Source: Octopus bimaculoides (lineage: Eukaryota). From it: a stretch of 64,000 nt of DNA. A program made the position numbers and the translations under genes. This document shows positions 63,966 through 64,000 of this stretch, one piece after another. The notes beneath the pieces were generated by a model. The model was not told the DNA's origin. It worked only from the letters and a program-made list of their open reading frames with translations, and searched no databases. Location of the stretch: contig NC_068997.1 in NCBI RefSeq assembly GCF_001194135.2, positions 14,632,569 to 14,696,568 on the forward strand, in the 5' to 3' direction. The number at the start of each line of letters is the position of its first letter. Position 1 is the stretch's first letter.

Positions 63966-64000
<35 letters not shown>

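Overview
Eukaryotic, AT-rich, repeat-dominated DNA from a gapped draft assembly (22 N-runs, about 6 kb in total). The mix of tRNA-derived SINEs and (TA)n/(CA)n/(GATA)n/(CAT)n microsatellites looks like an octopus genome; this is an inference from recalled repeat families, not a database result. No intact, recognisable protein-coding gene is visible. Nearly all ORFs in the track are translations of microsatellites, N-gaps or SINEs. What the sequence supports: about 45 SINE copies or fragments from five families (labelled A-E here), decayed RTE, Penelope-like and probable CR1/L2-type retroelement relics, a mariner relic with an internal inversion, a DD37D (maT-type) transposase relic, several MITEs, two Helentron/HINE-like elements and a solo LTR with a 5-bp TSD. 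The most interesting signals are two minimal hammerhead-ribozyme folds flanking a Penelope GIY-YIG fragment, one lying downstream of a tRNA-like Pol III head (61.0-61.6 kb), three fold-back or inversion junctions, an isolated 26-bp pre-miRNA-like hairpin (24.3 kb), and a weak, phase-compatible chain of short + strand candidate exons that may mark a long host gene. Repeat boundaries are read by eye, to about +/-10-20 nt.
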